Positions 1-11,158 of a DNA stretch of 64,000 nt are shown piece after piece. The DNA is from an uncultured delta proteobacterium (GTDB lineage Bacteria; Desulfobacterota; Desulfobacteria; Desulfobacterales; UBA2156): the NCBI GenBank assembly GCA_963736855.1, contig CAVTQK010000015.1, positions 640,001-704,000 on the forward strand, written 5' to 3'. The number at the start of each line of letters is the position of its first letter. Position 1 is the first letter of the stretch. The position numbers were made by a program, and so were the translations under genes. The notes under the pieces are model-generated. The model ran no database searches. It was given only the letters and a program-made list of their open reading frames with translations, and was not told where the DNA came from.

Positions 1-1039
1 AAAATTTTCTCTATGTCCTGTGTAAAGTCTTTCCCGCGCACCCAGCCTGTTTCATGGACCGTGCATAGCTTGCGAGCCACCATCTCGGCAAAGGGACTTT
101 CATCATTTTGGGTGCCGCGATACTCTTCAAAGCCCAGGGTGAACGTGCGAAGCGGTTTATCGGAGCACCCGACCGCCAGGGTCGCTATTGAGGTCGAGTC
201 CAGGCCAGCCGAGAGGAATACCCCAACCGGCACATCAGAAACCATGTGGCGCCGCACGCTCTCCTGCAATGCTTGGCCCAGAGCTATTCGGCGACTTTCT
301 CCCGGGTCATGCTGAAATTCGGACTGCCCGGCCGGGCGATTTCCTGCGCCACATCACAGAACATTGTCAGTTTCGGTTGTGTGTCGCCTCGCGCCACCCA
401 TAGGGTCGTGCCTGCCGGCACGCCCGTATTCGCTTGTAAAGCGTAAAGGGTTCGGGCACATAGCCCAGAGAAAGAATCCCACATGCCCGGCCGGTTCAGG
501 TGCGGTGTCCGAGCATCCGGCCGCCAGCAACGTCTTCACCTGGCTGGCCACCCGTATCGTGCGCCCATCATTCGATTAATACAGAGGTTTTATACCAAAG
601 GGGTCCCGGGCCAGAAAAAGACCGGACTTCTTTTGGTCCCAGCAGGGCAAAGGCGTACATGCCCCGCAGATGTTCCACCATCGCCTGATCGTATTCACGA
701 TACAGATGGAGCAGAACTTCCGTGTCGCTGCTGGACCGAAACCGGCAGCCCCGTGCCTCCAGCCCTGAGCGCAAGGTTCTGTAGTTGTAGATCTCCCCAT
801 TATACGTAATCCGCAGGAGACCGTCTTCAGTCGCCATGGGCTGTGCCCCGGCAGACGACAGATCGATGATGGCAAGACGCCGGTGCCCCAAACCTACGGC
901 CCCGTCCTCAGATACCCAAAACACCTTCGCCGTCCGGCCCCCGCGCCCTCTGCGCCCGATTGGCAACACGGAGCCAGTTCACCGCAACGTTGTGTTCTGG
1001 CCTATCATTGTAGTAAAACAATAAAGCGATTCCGCACAT
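1..1039 (-). CDS. asnB: Asparagine synthase (glutamine-hydrolysing)-family amidotransferase, 5' part; frameshifted and running off the window start
   Basis: N-terminal MCGI at 1039; HRRLAIID, YNGEIYNY, SDTEV, RDPFGIKPLY and DVPVGVFLSAGLDS motifs lie in different minus-strand frames. Confidence 0.85.
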
Positions 1040-1171
1040 ATAACGTCTATCCCGTTTCGCTATAAGATGGTAAGGCCCGAAAGAAATGCCTGACAAGGAG
1101 ATACACCATCCCGCGCCATATTTCACTCGGGAGTGATATCCGGGTAATTTGAAGCATTTTGACCACGATTG

Positions 1172-2241
1172 TTAAACCCTTCGAGTCTCGTACAGTTCCT
1201 TCATTGCCAAAAATACTTCATCAACGGTAATCGAGCGGATGCACATTTTGTCAAAATGGTTGCAGACCGTTAGTCCGCACCCATAGCAGGGTGTCTGGTG
1301 ATAGAGCACGCGGTGTTGAGATCCGAATGGGTACCATTTCCCTGCCTTGTTTCGTGCACTGAAAATGGCGATGCATGGCGTACCAACAGCGGCTGAAAGA
1401 TGCATGGGACCGCTGTCGTGCCCGATAAAGAGCGCCGCTCTTTCCAGCACCGCAGCAGTTTCACGCGGGGTCAGCCTGCCACATAAGTTGAGCCTGGGTC
1501 CCTTCCAGCGTTCGGCAATCTTCCCGCTAAGGCCATACTCGTCGGCCGAACCCACCAGCGCCAGCCCCAGGCCAGCGTACTTTCCACTCAATTTAGCAAA
1601 CAAAGCCTTCCAGTTCTCTCTGCCCCAGTCGTTTGCGTCCGCTTTCGTACCGATGCTGGCCGCGATAAATTGATGGTTTCCTTCCCATGACTTGATCTCG
1701 TCTTCCGCCTTTTGGCGCTCTACCAGCGTAAGGTTCAGATCGTAGCTTTCAGGCTCATTCGTCTCGGCATCACCCAGCTTTGCAATGCAGCGTGCCATCC
1801 GGCATGCTTCCGCTTCCCACAACTCGCTGTCGGCTGGTTTTCTGATGCATTGTCGGTCCCGGTTCCAGGGCACACCGATGAATTTAGGAATTCCACAGGT
1901 TTTGAAAAAAGTGCATCCCGAAAAGCCTTTATGCTGCCCCTGGGCTCGGCAAGGTAAACCAGCACCTCGGGACCCCAAAACGGATCTGCCGTGATAAGCG
2001 CCAAAGCGTTTTTGGGTTATGGGTGTTGAGGGGGTATCGGAAATACCCGTGCACAAGATTCATAGGGCCGAGAATGGTGTCAATGGGTAGGCTTCTCTTT
2101 CGCCCCTTCGGGAAAATTGGCGAGCACGCACCGTTCCGCCTCAGGGAAAACCCGTGCGATGAGCTTGAAACAGGGCAGGGCCACCACCGTGTCGCCGATG
2201 CTGCCGAGGCGGTAGATGAGCACTCTTTTAGCTGATTTCAA
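1172..2241 (-). CDS. Glycosyltransferase family 9 (heptosyltransferase-like), frameshifted
   Basis: N-terminal LIYRLGSIGDTVVALP from a TTG at about 2241; C-terminal FIGHDSGPMHLSAAVGTP in ORF 1172..2056. Confidence 0.8.
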
Positions 2242-2338
2242 GTTCTCTTTTCACCTGTAATATCCAATTTTCGATTACACCATTGTCACATTTTATTGCC
2301 CGTATCCTTCAAACTTGTCGATTCCAAAATATGAATCT

Positions 2339-3072
2339 TCACTTGACGGCCATGCAAAGCAGGTTCTGGCTGAAGATCGCGTCACGATCCAAATCGCCGG
2401 TTTCCGCTGCCATGTAAAGGCGCAGCATGTTGCGAAACACCTTCCACAGCAGCCAGCGGACAGCGCTTTTCAAACCATGGGGCACGGGGTGCTCCTTGAA
2501 ACATCTCACCTTTGAGAAACCCGAAGACATCAGAAGCTGGGCAAGCGAGGTTCGCGTAAAGGCCAGTTCGTGGGTAAAGTCCCAAAAAAGCATGCGATTT
2601 CCGAATGGCGATTCCGCGTTGGGCGTGTGGATGATCCATCGCCCGCCGAACTTCAAAACCCGGCAAACTTCATCAACCAGCCCGATCAGCTCGTTTTTGG
2701 TGAAATGCTCGATCAGGTCGAAGGCGACGACGCAATCAATAGCCCCTTCCACCACATTAAATAGGGTGTCCATCACATCCCCCTGTTCAACCCCGTCAAT
2801 GCCAAGGCGCCTGGCCGTCTCCACCTGTTCCGGGGAGCCGTCCACGCCGTGCATATTCCGGAACCCCATTTGCCGGGCCACATGAATCAATGCGCCATGA
2901 CCGCAGCCAAGGTCCAGGACAGCGGCGTCCTGGTCCATCGGAAAGTGCAACCGCACCAGCTTTCGCAAGCCGGCAAGCCGGGCTTCAGCCCCTCCAACGT
3001 TTCAGGCGCAAGCGTCTTTTGCCTGCCTGTTACGTAAGCGTTGTAGATGCGGGAACGGTATTCGGATAACAT
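2339..3072 (-). CDS. Class I SAM-dependent methyltransferase, one frameshift near 2980
   Basis: VLDLGCGHG motif I; DLIEH and HTPNAES; N-terminus MLSEYRSRIY is in another frame. Confidence 0.8.
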
Positions 3073-3121
3073 GATTGGGTAATCCTTTCCTGGGATCTTG
3101 ACGATAAGAACTGTCTTTTGC

Positions 3122-4551
3122 TTAGGATTTTGAATAGCCATAAGAGAATAAAATCCTGGGGAAGGCTCCTGAATATATAAAGTAAATAGGCGTCGGACGA
3201 CCCTTCCACAAACTGATTATGGATACGAGAAGCAAATATATTGCCCAGATATTGGCATGAAGATCAAATCCCGAAATTTTCTTAACCAACACCAGCCAAA
3301 TCAGACCCAAAACACCGGGATAGAAAAAGGCGCCAGTCCATCCGAAAGCCGAATATCCATTTCCAATCAGGGCGACTGTTGCATACCCTTCCCTTATATT
3401 TCTTGCGCGGAAATGATAATATAACCAGTCACCTTTACTATATCCTCTTGGCTTGTCCGGCGCCAACACCCTCGGCATGGATCTATAGATACTATCGGTG
3501 AGATCTTTTACCCCAACTTTGCCGTGAAAATCGGTCCCGGTTTTTAGTACATCCACATGGTTGATGTTGCTCATTCGTTCTAATACATTTTGCGGTTTGC
3601 CATAGTAGTTGAGATACCATCCGTAGCGTGCGCTCAGGTTCCTCTCTTTAACAAAGGCGGAAAATGCATCGGTCGAATTGTAAAATGCATCGATGGTTGC
3701 ATCGATGCGCTGGGTCCAGGACAATTTTCCGCGAAAGGCGCTGCGCACATATAAAAAAACCGGGGTGATGAAAACAACCATCACCGCTATTAATGTTGAT
3801 ATAATAACAAGCTTGCGCCACCTGATTTTATATTCGAATGCGGAAACAGTGGCCACAAAACACAGAAGCGTTTCCATCAAGGCCATGGGGAATTGCTGAC
3901 CATTGCAGAGGCGAGTTCAGCGATTAAAATGGCCAGGACCCAAATGTTGAGGCTTCGCTTGTGGTTGGACCTGATCAGGACACGGGCAATGGCAGCGATG
4001 AGCGATAGGTGCAAAAAAGGTGTAAAAAACGTTGCTACGGTGATCCCAGTATAGGTTTCTCCCGCTCGAAAGGCCACGGCTGTATTGGCGGTAATCCCGA
4101 CAACCCCTGCCAAAAAGGAAATGCGACCTAAAGCTGTCGGGTTGGATGTCGGCGCCAATAGAGGACGACCTATCGGTATCCTTGAGGACATAATAAGCGC
4201 AATGCTGTAGCCGATGACCCCCACCAGAACCACGCCGAAAGAACCGGTGGGATCCTGAAGGTATTTATTCAGGACCTGGCCCATGGCCAGCTTGGCGAAA
4301 AAAGGGAAGCCAACGTAACGGAACCCCACCAGGGCAACCAATACCGCTGCAATGTTAAAAGGGCCGAAATAGGCCAAAGGCAAAAGGCTCAAAATGATGG
4401 AAGCCGCGCAGAAAAGCACCGCTGCAGAACTGGCCCCCATGATCAAGTGGCACCCGGTGGCAAGGACCACCAAAATTGAGGCAATTTTAAGAAGTGTGCG
4501 TCCCTGGCTGGTATCCGGGGCAAATTCCTTTACTCGTTGATTAAGCATCAT
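3122..4551 (-). CDS. Polytopic membrane protein, probable Wzy-like polymerase, split into ORFs 3877..4551 and 3122..3886
   Basis: Many hydrophobic segments and a large loop; lies between GT genes in a Wzx locus; function inferred from context. Confidence 0.5.
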
Positions 4552-5636
4552 GATACCGCTATTGTTTCAAGTCCTGTTTTATCTGTAATGCCCGGATTGC
4601 CATTCAGTAAAACATCCAGAATGTGTTTCATCACCGGCTCGTTGAGATAGCCGCTGTTTATGCAGCGTTTGCGGCCGGCTTCGGCAATGCGGCGCCTTTT
4701 TTCTTCATCAGCCAGCATGGCGAAGCAATTTTCAGCGCACTCCTCTGGTGTATCCCAGAAAACCGCCTCTTCATCCGCTTTGTACATGGCCAGGTGCTCT
4801 TCGGTACGCTCGGCGCATAGCAAACTGCCGATGTAAGGGATTTCCGCAGAACGAGTCGTATGCAGATCTCGATTGCCTTTGGAAAGAAGTCCCAGGCAGA
4901 TTCTGGCGCATTGGATCGCTTTCACGTAGTCCGGCCCCACAAGCTCAGGGCCGCTCCAAATATTTTTAATGACCGGCCACTCAGGGGCCTTTTGCCATCT
5001 GTCGCCGTAAAGCGTAAGGGGTACGCCAAGCTGGATCAGGCGTGAAATAAAAGGCCCGCGCTCGGGCATCCATGTGCCGATGAAGGCCACCTTGCTTGCC
5101 CACCTGGCTTTTTCTTCGGAGGTCAGATCAAGAGGCGCATGGGCAATTTCGTCGGCTGATCTAAAAACCAAGACCACTTTTGGAACACCCAAAGAATATG
5201 CTTCTTTCACGTTTGGCCGCCGAACAACAGCCGTCAAATCAAAGTGCTTTATGGATTTTCGGAAGATGGAAAACCGATTTTTACCCCTTGGGCCGAAGGG
5301 ATCGTCAATCACATAGCTCAACAACCATTTTCCATATTCCTTCAAGGCAAGCGATGTGTTTGGGCCTATCAGGTTGCATTGATCACTCCAGATCACGTCG
5401 AAGCGCTTGCCGTTCATCATAGCCAGCAGACGCCTCCGCACATAGGGCTCCATCCAGGCCGAACCGATCTCAAAGACCAGTTTGACGATCACTTTTTTAA
5501 TAAAAAGATGCTGGGGCAAAAATGCCCAGGTGTCGATCAATTCCACGCTGTGCCCAAGCCGGCGCAACGCATCGGCCCGGTGCCGGGAGGTGCCGTGATT
5601 ATGTCCCAGATAAAGAATATTGAGGTTTCGGTTCAT
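4548..5636 (-). CDS. Glycosyltransferase (CgeB-like, GT-B fold)
   Basis: VAFIGTWMPER, YGDRW and NRDLHTTRSAEIP motifs; start taken at MNRNLNILY. Confidence 0.75.
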   Translation of the reverse strand: MNRNLNILYLGHNHGTSRHRADALRRLGHSVELIDTWAFLPQHLFIKKVIVKLVFEIGSAWMEPYVRRRLLAMMNGKRFDVIWSDQCNLIGPNTSLALKEYGKWLLSYVIDDPFGPRGKNRFSIFRKSIKHFDLTAVVRRPNVKEAYSLGVPKVVLVFRSADEIAHAPLDLTSEEKARWASKVAFIGTWMPERGPFISRLIQLGVPLTLYGDRWQKAPEWPVIKNIWSGPELVGPDYVKAIQCARICLGLLSKGNRDLHTTRSAEIPYIGSLLCAERTEEHLAMYKADEEAVFWDTPEECAENCFAMLADEEKRRRIAEAGRKRCINSGYLNEPVMKHILDVLLNGNPGITDKTGLETIAVS

Positions 5637-5827
5637 TCCGAATCTCCTATCGATTCCATCAAGAAGAACAGCTTTAGCCCTACAGTTCCCTGATGATGTC
5701 GACCATGTGGTCGTCATATTCAGCCTATCCGCTCAATTTAACCCCGAATTCAAACGTTGCCACGATCAAGACCTATAGATCAATGTAATCTGCAGGGAGC
5801 TATAACGCAATTCCCCCATGATCTGGG

Positions 5828-7229
5828 TCATTGGTTCAGAAACGCGTCGGTATGCTTAGCGGTAATGTGCTTTTTCCAAACCAACCTGAAACCTACCAAA
5901 GGATTAAGGGCCAACATAAGGTTTGAACCCGGATGGGTGCCTATGAGGCGGGATGCCGCATGCAGAGCATACAATGTCATAGCGCTGTCCGTCAACAGGA
6001 GAGCCAGCCCGGCGTTTGCGACGTTGCCAGTCCATGACATGAGAAAAAGTCCGAAGCCTACTGCTGCTGCGGAACTCAAGACGAAAACAAAAGCTGCTCG
6101 CAGGTGCCGGTTGGCCGCTTTGAGAACGACCAGACCTTCATACCACAACGCGCTTGCAGCTGCTGAGGCAAGAAGCCAGGCAAAGAGCGTGGGGTGCATC
6201 AACACCCTACCGTGTGTCCAAATAGCAAGAATGGAATTGCCGAAAAAAGCCAATCCTGCAACGGCAATCAGGGCAAGCCACAGGCCGGCACTCAGCATAT
6301 GGACGAAAAGGGAATTGCAAAGAGAGGTATTCCTGACACCGTAAGCGGCCGCAAGTTCAGGCTCGACGGCCCAGCTTATTGAATAAACGAGCTGCACGAT
6401 CAGACGAGTCAATGTGCGTAAGGTGGAAAAGACAACCACTGCCACGGAACCAAGCACACCGCCCACCGCCAACACCATGCCTTGGATATTCAGCCCATCG
6501 GCAAAAGTAATGGAAAGGTTTGCCAACGCGGGTTTGAACAACCTGTAAAGTTCGGCGCGATCAGCGTGCTTGAAGCCGAAAGAAAGCCAGTGGTAGCGAT
6601 GCACCAATATGAGCGCAATTGCTGGAGTAGCTATGCGCACGCACTCCGAAAAAGGCCCCGGCCGCTGCGATCGGTCCGCCGCCACTGAGCGCGGCGATCC
6701 ATATGGCGGTAAATTGAACCAGTCGAATCGTTGTGTTTAGAATCAGATGCAGGCTATAATTGCCTGTAGCGCGGAAGCCTGCGTGGTTGATTCCATCGGG
6801 AAGTTGGGCGAATATCCCGGCAGCAAGCAGAAAAAGAACCCACCGCACTTCGATGACGCGCATCGCACTAAAATTCATCCAATTTTCGAGATGCAATCCG
6901 AATATCAAGAAAGAGGTCAGTATAAACATGGAGACGGTAGCAAAAAAAACAAAGGCCATAAGGCTCTGAAAAATAACCAGGGCACCTGCACGATCTCCAC
7001 GTGCGACCCGGGCGGTCATGTCGTTTGCGGCGGATTGGGATAATCCAAGGTCTGTTAAAGACAGATACACCGGAATCGCAAACAACATGAGCCATTCACC
7101 GTAGAGCTGCGTGCCCCAAGCATGCAACAGAATGGGAACGCCGATCAACTGGATGACTACGGTGACGACCTGATTGCAGATATTGGCGCTGAAACCTTTG
7201 CGCAGGCGACTTCGTACCCCTAAATCCAC
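5828..7229 (-). CDS. Wzx-type polysaccharide flippase, frameshifted near 6640
   Basis: PILLHAWGTQLYGEW and DLGL N-terminal signature; many TM segments over two overlapping ORFs. Confidence 0.75.
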
Positions 7230-7299
7230 ACATTTACTCCTGGAAAAACAGCGTTCAAATTATTTTTACTAGGAGAGCCAAGAGAAAGTTTTGAGAGAG

Positions 7300-8115
7300 T
7301 CATCTCCAAATTTGTTGAAAAAAATTATAACAGCCATGAATTTCGGCAATAAAGTCAAGTTTCTTCCAATAATTATGTACGGATACCCTGTGCAAATCGT
7401 GAAAATCGATATTGCTTAATTTAATAATTCCTCTAAAGCAATTGAAAGAATAATCAAAATTATTCATAACAAACTCTTTAAGAGCTTTATTATAGCTATC
7501 CTTCCCACCAAAGGGATAGGCAAAGGTCTTGACGGTAATTCCAGTCTCCTTTTCTATATCAGCCTTTGACTGAGCAATTTCTTTTTTGGCAGCGTCAATA
7601 TCAATTGATGATAAAAAAGGGTGGGTTTGCGTATGGGCACCGATTAAGTGCCCTGCTTTAAGAAGTTTCCTTGTATGATCCCATGTCATCATTGGATATT
7701 TAACACCAAAGTTGGAGTATAGATAAGGCGAGTAATGTTGATCAAGGAATGAAGTGGTTATAAAAAAACACGCAGGGATTTTATAACGCTGAAGGATCGG
7801 AAATGCAGTCGTAAAATTGTCAAGATAACCATCGTCAAATGTCACTGCGATGTTGATTTTTCCAGGTTCGTTTTTTAGTTTTTTTAGATTATCAATTCTA
7901 ACAACAGAAAACCGGGAGGCAATATAGGACATCTGCCAGGAAAATTTTTCAATTGAAACAGAGAGGTTGCTTTGATCAATTTTGTTGCTGATACTGTGAT
8001 AAGTTAAAATTACTAAAGAAGCATGATTAAATTTATTAGAAATTGCCTTAAACGGAAGTAAGAGACCCCCTAAGACTAGCCGTAGAAAAGAATAATATAC
8101 TTCTTTATGGTTCAT
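7300..8115 (-). CDS. Polysaccharide deacetylase (CE4/NodB family)
   Basis: ILTYHSI, VTFDDGY, IGAHTQTHP and FAYPFG motifs. Confidence 0.9.
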   Translation of the reverse strand: MNHKEVYYSFLRLVLGGLLLPFKAISNKFNHASLVILTYHSISNKIDQSNLSVSIEKFSWQMSYIASRFSVVRIDNLKKLKNEPGKINIAVTFDDGYLDNFTTAFPILQRYKIPACFFITTSFLDQHYSPYLYSNFGVKYPMMTWDHTRKLLKAGHLIGAHTQTHPFLSSIDIDAAKKEIAQSKADIEKETGITVKTFAYPFGGKDSYNKALKEFVMNNFDYSFNCFRGIIKLSNIDFHDLHRVSVHNYWKKLDFIAEIHGCYNFFQQIWR

Positions 8116-8353
8116 CTGACTGAAGGAAACTTTTTGTCATGAAACGAGAAATATTGAAGATAATCGAAACCACGAACACTTGGAAAAACTAAAAAAACCA
8201 TCAATTGGTCCCGTATCGAATCCATTCTATCGAGCCATTATGTCGTAGGCACCATCGGGGAAGGCGCCGACGTCTATCCGTTGCTGCTGTATAAGTGCCT
8301 GCTCCTCCAATAATGGTTCTGGATTTCCTCTTATCCGGAACTGGAAAACCAAA

Positions 8354-8637
8354 TTCACCCGGTTAAATAAGATTTGAGTCTCCTTCTTAAAAAACATCCG
8401 GCCATGGTATGATTTTAAATATTTTTCACGCCTTGACGCGTCTTCCTGATGAATACAGGCTTCATAATAAATCAACTTCAATGGCCTCCTATCCTTGGTG
8501 GATTCCACAAGGCCTTTTTGATGCTGCTCAAATCTTTGCTTGAGGTTTTTCGAAATCCGACATAAAAATCACCGTCTTTTTCGCTTTGGAGAACGTATGT
8601 AAAAACCATCAAACCTCAAGCAATTTAACCGGGTAAA
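8354..8637. mobile_element. 284-bp element bounded by 15-bp inverted repeats and carrying only the GIY-YIG gene
   Basis: TTCACCCGGTTAAAT (8354-8368) and ATTTAACCGGGTAAA (8623-8637) are 14/15 complementary; IS5 transposase-like sequence lies on both sides. Confidence 0.65.
8355..8609 (-). CDS. Small GIY-YIG nuclease (about 84 aa), two apparent frameshifts
   Basis: Reconstructed MVFTYVLQSEKDGDFYVGF..NLKQRFEQHQKGLVESTKDRRPLKLIYYEAC...RREKYLKS...SYLTG*. Confidence 0.8.
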
Positions 8638-8944
8638 AAGAACTTCGAGAAAAAAGCCAAACCCCGGAAGGAAACTCGATAAAAACGGCAAGCCAAAAAA
8701 TTATACTCGAGATCTGGAATCCGGCTGGAATGCCAAGGATGAAAAGAATCCTCATTATGGGCTGAAAGAGCATACCTCGGTTTGAACGAAAAAAGGGTTA
8801 CATTGCACAAATCCGACCTCAAAATTTTCTGAAAAATTTTCCAAAAAGCTAAAATCCGAAATCCAGGTGATTTTTCAAACCTCTCAGCCTAAAAGAAACT
8901 GCCTCTACAGTGCCTCACAGAAATGAAATCTACGTCAAAACAAA

Positions 8945-10115
8945 TTAATAGCAATACTGCAGCATGTTTTCAGCCCAAGCCGACTCTGTTGGGAGCGGAG
9001 GGAGCGGTCTTGAAAAGAAATTTTCCCCTCGGACTCTTCTTAACATATCTATGACCGCCTGATAAAAACCTTGCTGACCATCGTGGGCAACTGTGACCCA
9101 TTCGGTATCATTTAATATCTCAACGACACCCGACTCATCACTCAACACAACACCCATTCTCCGATAGAGCGCTTCTATGGCGGGCAAGCCATACCCTTGC
9201 CGAGCCGGCATCAAGAACACATGACATTGATCATATAACTGGTTTAATATCTGGTTCGAAACAAAGCCGTGGAATCGAACCCGGTCGCTGATACCCAGGT
9301 TGCGGGCGTAGTTTTCGAGCTTTGATTTTTCCGGCCCATTTCCTACGATATTTAATCTCCAATTTTGGAATTCAGAACCACCTGAATTCCTAACCTCAGC
9401 TAACGCACCCAGAATCCAATCGATACGTTTGCTCGCCTGAAGCCGCGAAACGGACAGCAACTCAATCGGGTCATCCGGTCTGTCCGGTGCCTCATCTTAG
9501 AGGGGAACCAAAACCACCCAAATACATTACTTGGGCATCACGCCCATAGATGGCCTTCATTTCAGTCTGAAGGGCTTTTGTATTCGTAACGAACCGCTGA
9601 GCCCTCAATATTCCTCGCCTTGTTGCGAAATGCCTAATAGCCATAAATATCCTTACCCGCAATCGGGACAGCTTTGACCTACCACACGATATTTGCCCCA
9701 ATAAGCTATAAGTATCGGGTATTCTAATATGGTATGGCACATCAACCGACAATCCGGCATGGTAGGCCGATTGAATATTAAGTAGCAAGGGAGGAGGTGA
9801 CCCTTTTTTATGAAGACTATGCAGCGCCCGCCTGAGTGACAAACTTTTACTGAGAAAATTTCTCCTAGGCGTCAATTGATGAACCTGAACAGGCCACGAA
9901 GCATATTTATCGAGCCCTATATCATCGAAATAGCACAATATTGAATGAGAGCGCTCCGATTCATGTAACGCCTTAGATAAGGCCAGAATCACTCGCTCCT
10001 CCCCTCCAAATTCGATAAATTCAGGCTGAAATATTACAACATCGTCCGAGTTCGGGAACAATCTCGCAGATGCCTGTTTACTGAATAAGAACTCATGAGC
10101 AATCCTGGTGTTCAA
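8945..10115 (-). CDS. Glycosyltransferase family 4, frameshifted near 9490
   Basis: FGGEERV in the N-terminal ORF; SRLQASKRID, GNGP and QGYGLPAIEA in the C-terminal ORF. Confidence 0.8.
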
Positions 10116-10194
10116 TCAAAGCAATTTAGTAGTGGAGCAAGCATCCGGCTCGCTTGCCGTAAGAAATTTCGGTGATCAGACTACGTAGCCGTCA

Positions 10195-10867
10195 GGCGTC
10201 GCCAGACACCCATAACGGCTTCATCCTGGCTGCCACTTTGCCCTGCCTCGGAACACGATACCAATTATTTCCAATATTGCACCGCTTTCTCTCGGCCGAT
10301 ACGAAATGGCCGATTATAAAGGCGTACGCCGACAAGGCATATTTTGGAGAGCCAAAACGGCGCTTTCTTCTGCACAAAACAATTCGAAGACGGCATCATG
10401 AGAAAAGATACGACGACGGCCAAGTGACTCCCTATGAGAAAGCAAGAAACAAAAAGATTTCCAAAATCCGATACATCGTTGAAACGATACTTTGGACTGA
10501 GTCATCTTCACGATCATGCCTATCGGGCAAGGTTTACTACCATCGTTAAAAATAACCTCGACTGCTAGTGCAGACAGGTTTACCCCGTTACATTCCGAAG
10601 GACTATTAACCGGGGCAGGATTCAACATAAAACGAGGATTGAGAATTCTAAAGCTGGCGTTCATATAAATACAGCAGAGGTGTGTACAAAGAATAAAATC
10701 AAAAGAATTAAACATCGAAAATGATGAAATCGAAACGAAATAGAACCGCCATCTCTTTCGGCTTGAACGAAAAATTGGTCAAACCGGATAAAACGGCAAC
10801 AAAATTTTTCTGAAAAATCTCCTAAAAAGTTAAAATCCGAAATCTGAGTAAATTTTCAAACCTTTCA
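10195..10867 (+). mobile_element. Degenerate IS5-family element relic 2 (C-terminal transposase half plus end)
   Basis: DTHNGFILA, YADKAY, RNKKISKIRYIVE and GFNIKRGLRILK fragments with stops and frameshifts; shares its terminal ~110 bp with relic 1. Confidence 0.75.
10579..10617. repeat. About 37-bp palindromic insertion related to the GIY-YIG element termini
   Basis: TTTACCCCGTTACAT-tccgaaggac-TATTAACCGGGGCA; removing 37 nt restores the transposase frame (RQV/GFNIKRG). Confidence 0.6.
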
Positions 10868-11048
10868 GATTCCGGAGGACGTTCGAGTTTGCTTTGAGGC
10901 TGTAAATAATCGTATCGGTGTCGAGCAAAAACATCACAAACCTTTTCGGAGCTTGTGGGAAGCGCGGCGTGCATTTTTAAGTTCCGAAACGATTTGCGCT
11001 GCGGTCCGGGAATCTTCCCAAGAGCCTGCGAGAGAAAGAAGGGCTTGG
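10868..11048 (-). pseudogene. vapBC-like remnant: antitoxin C-terminus and PIN-toxin N-terminus
   Basis: QALLSLAGSWEDSRTAAQIVSELKNARR...* overlaps (TGATG) with MFLLDTDTIIYSLK, a typical PIN start; truncated at the IS end. Confidence 0.7.
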
Positions 11049-11051
11049 AAA

Positions 11052-11122
11052 GACGGGAATCCCGAGCTTGCTCCAAATCTCGTTCCGCCTGACGGAACCA
11101 GTCATGTGAACGATTCGGAATA
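11052..11122 (-). pseudogene. 5' fragment of a HEPN gene, paralogous to 13769..14158
   Basis: Close DNA match to about 14089-14160 (PNRSHDWFRQAERD); start codon lost. Confidence 0.75.
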
Positions 11123-11127
11123 TGTTT

Positions 11128-11158
11128 CTCACAGAGCCCATAGAGGGCGCAGAGGGTT
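11128..11158. repeat. Tripartite 9-mer repeat, copy 1
   Basis: CTCACAGAG CCCATAGAG GGCGCAGAG GGTT. Confidence 0.85.

Larger units (their letters stand above)
8170..8886 (+). mobile_element. Degenerate IS5-family element relic 1, interrupted by the GIY-YIG mini-element
   Basis: Manual translation gives INWSRIESILSSHYVVGTIGEGADVYPLLLYKCLLLQ*WFWISSYPELENQI (about 8200-8355) and KELREK...RDLESGW...PHYGLKEHTSV (8638-8785); a terminal segment at 8777-8886 is repeated at 10758-10867. Confidence 0.7.

Noticed and set aside
5734..5750. Third copy of the GIY-YIG terminal repeat (AATTTAACCCCG)
   Set aside because: Short partial match with no partner arm; could be chance
8227..8508. 93-aa ORF as given in the track
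   Set aside because: Only its first part is GIY-YIG; the remainder is frameshifted read-through into antisense IS5 sequence
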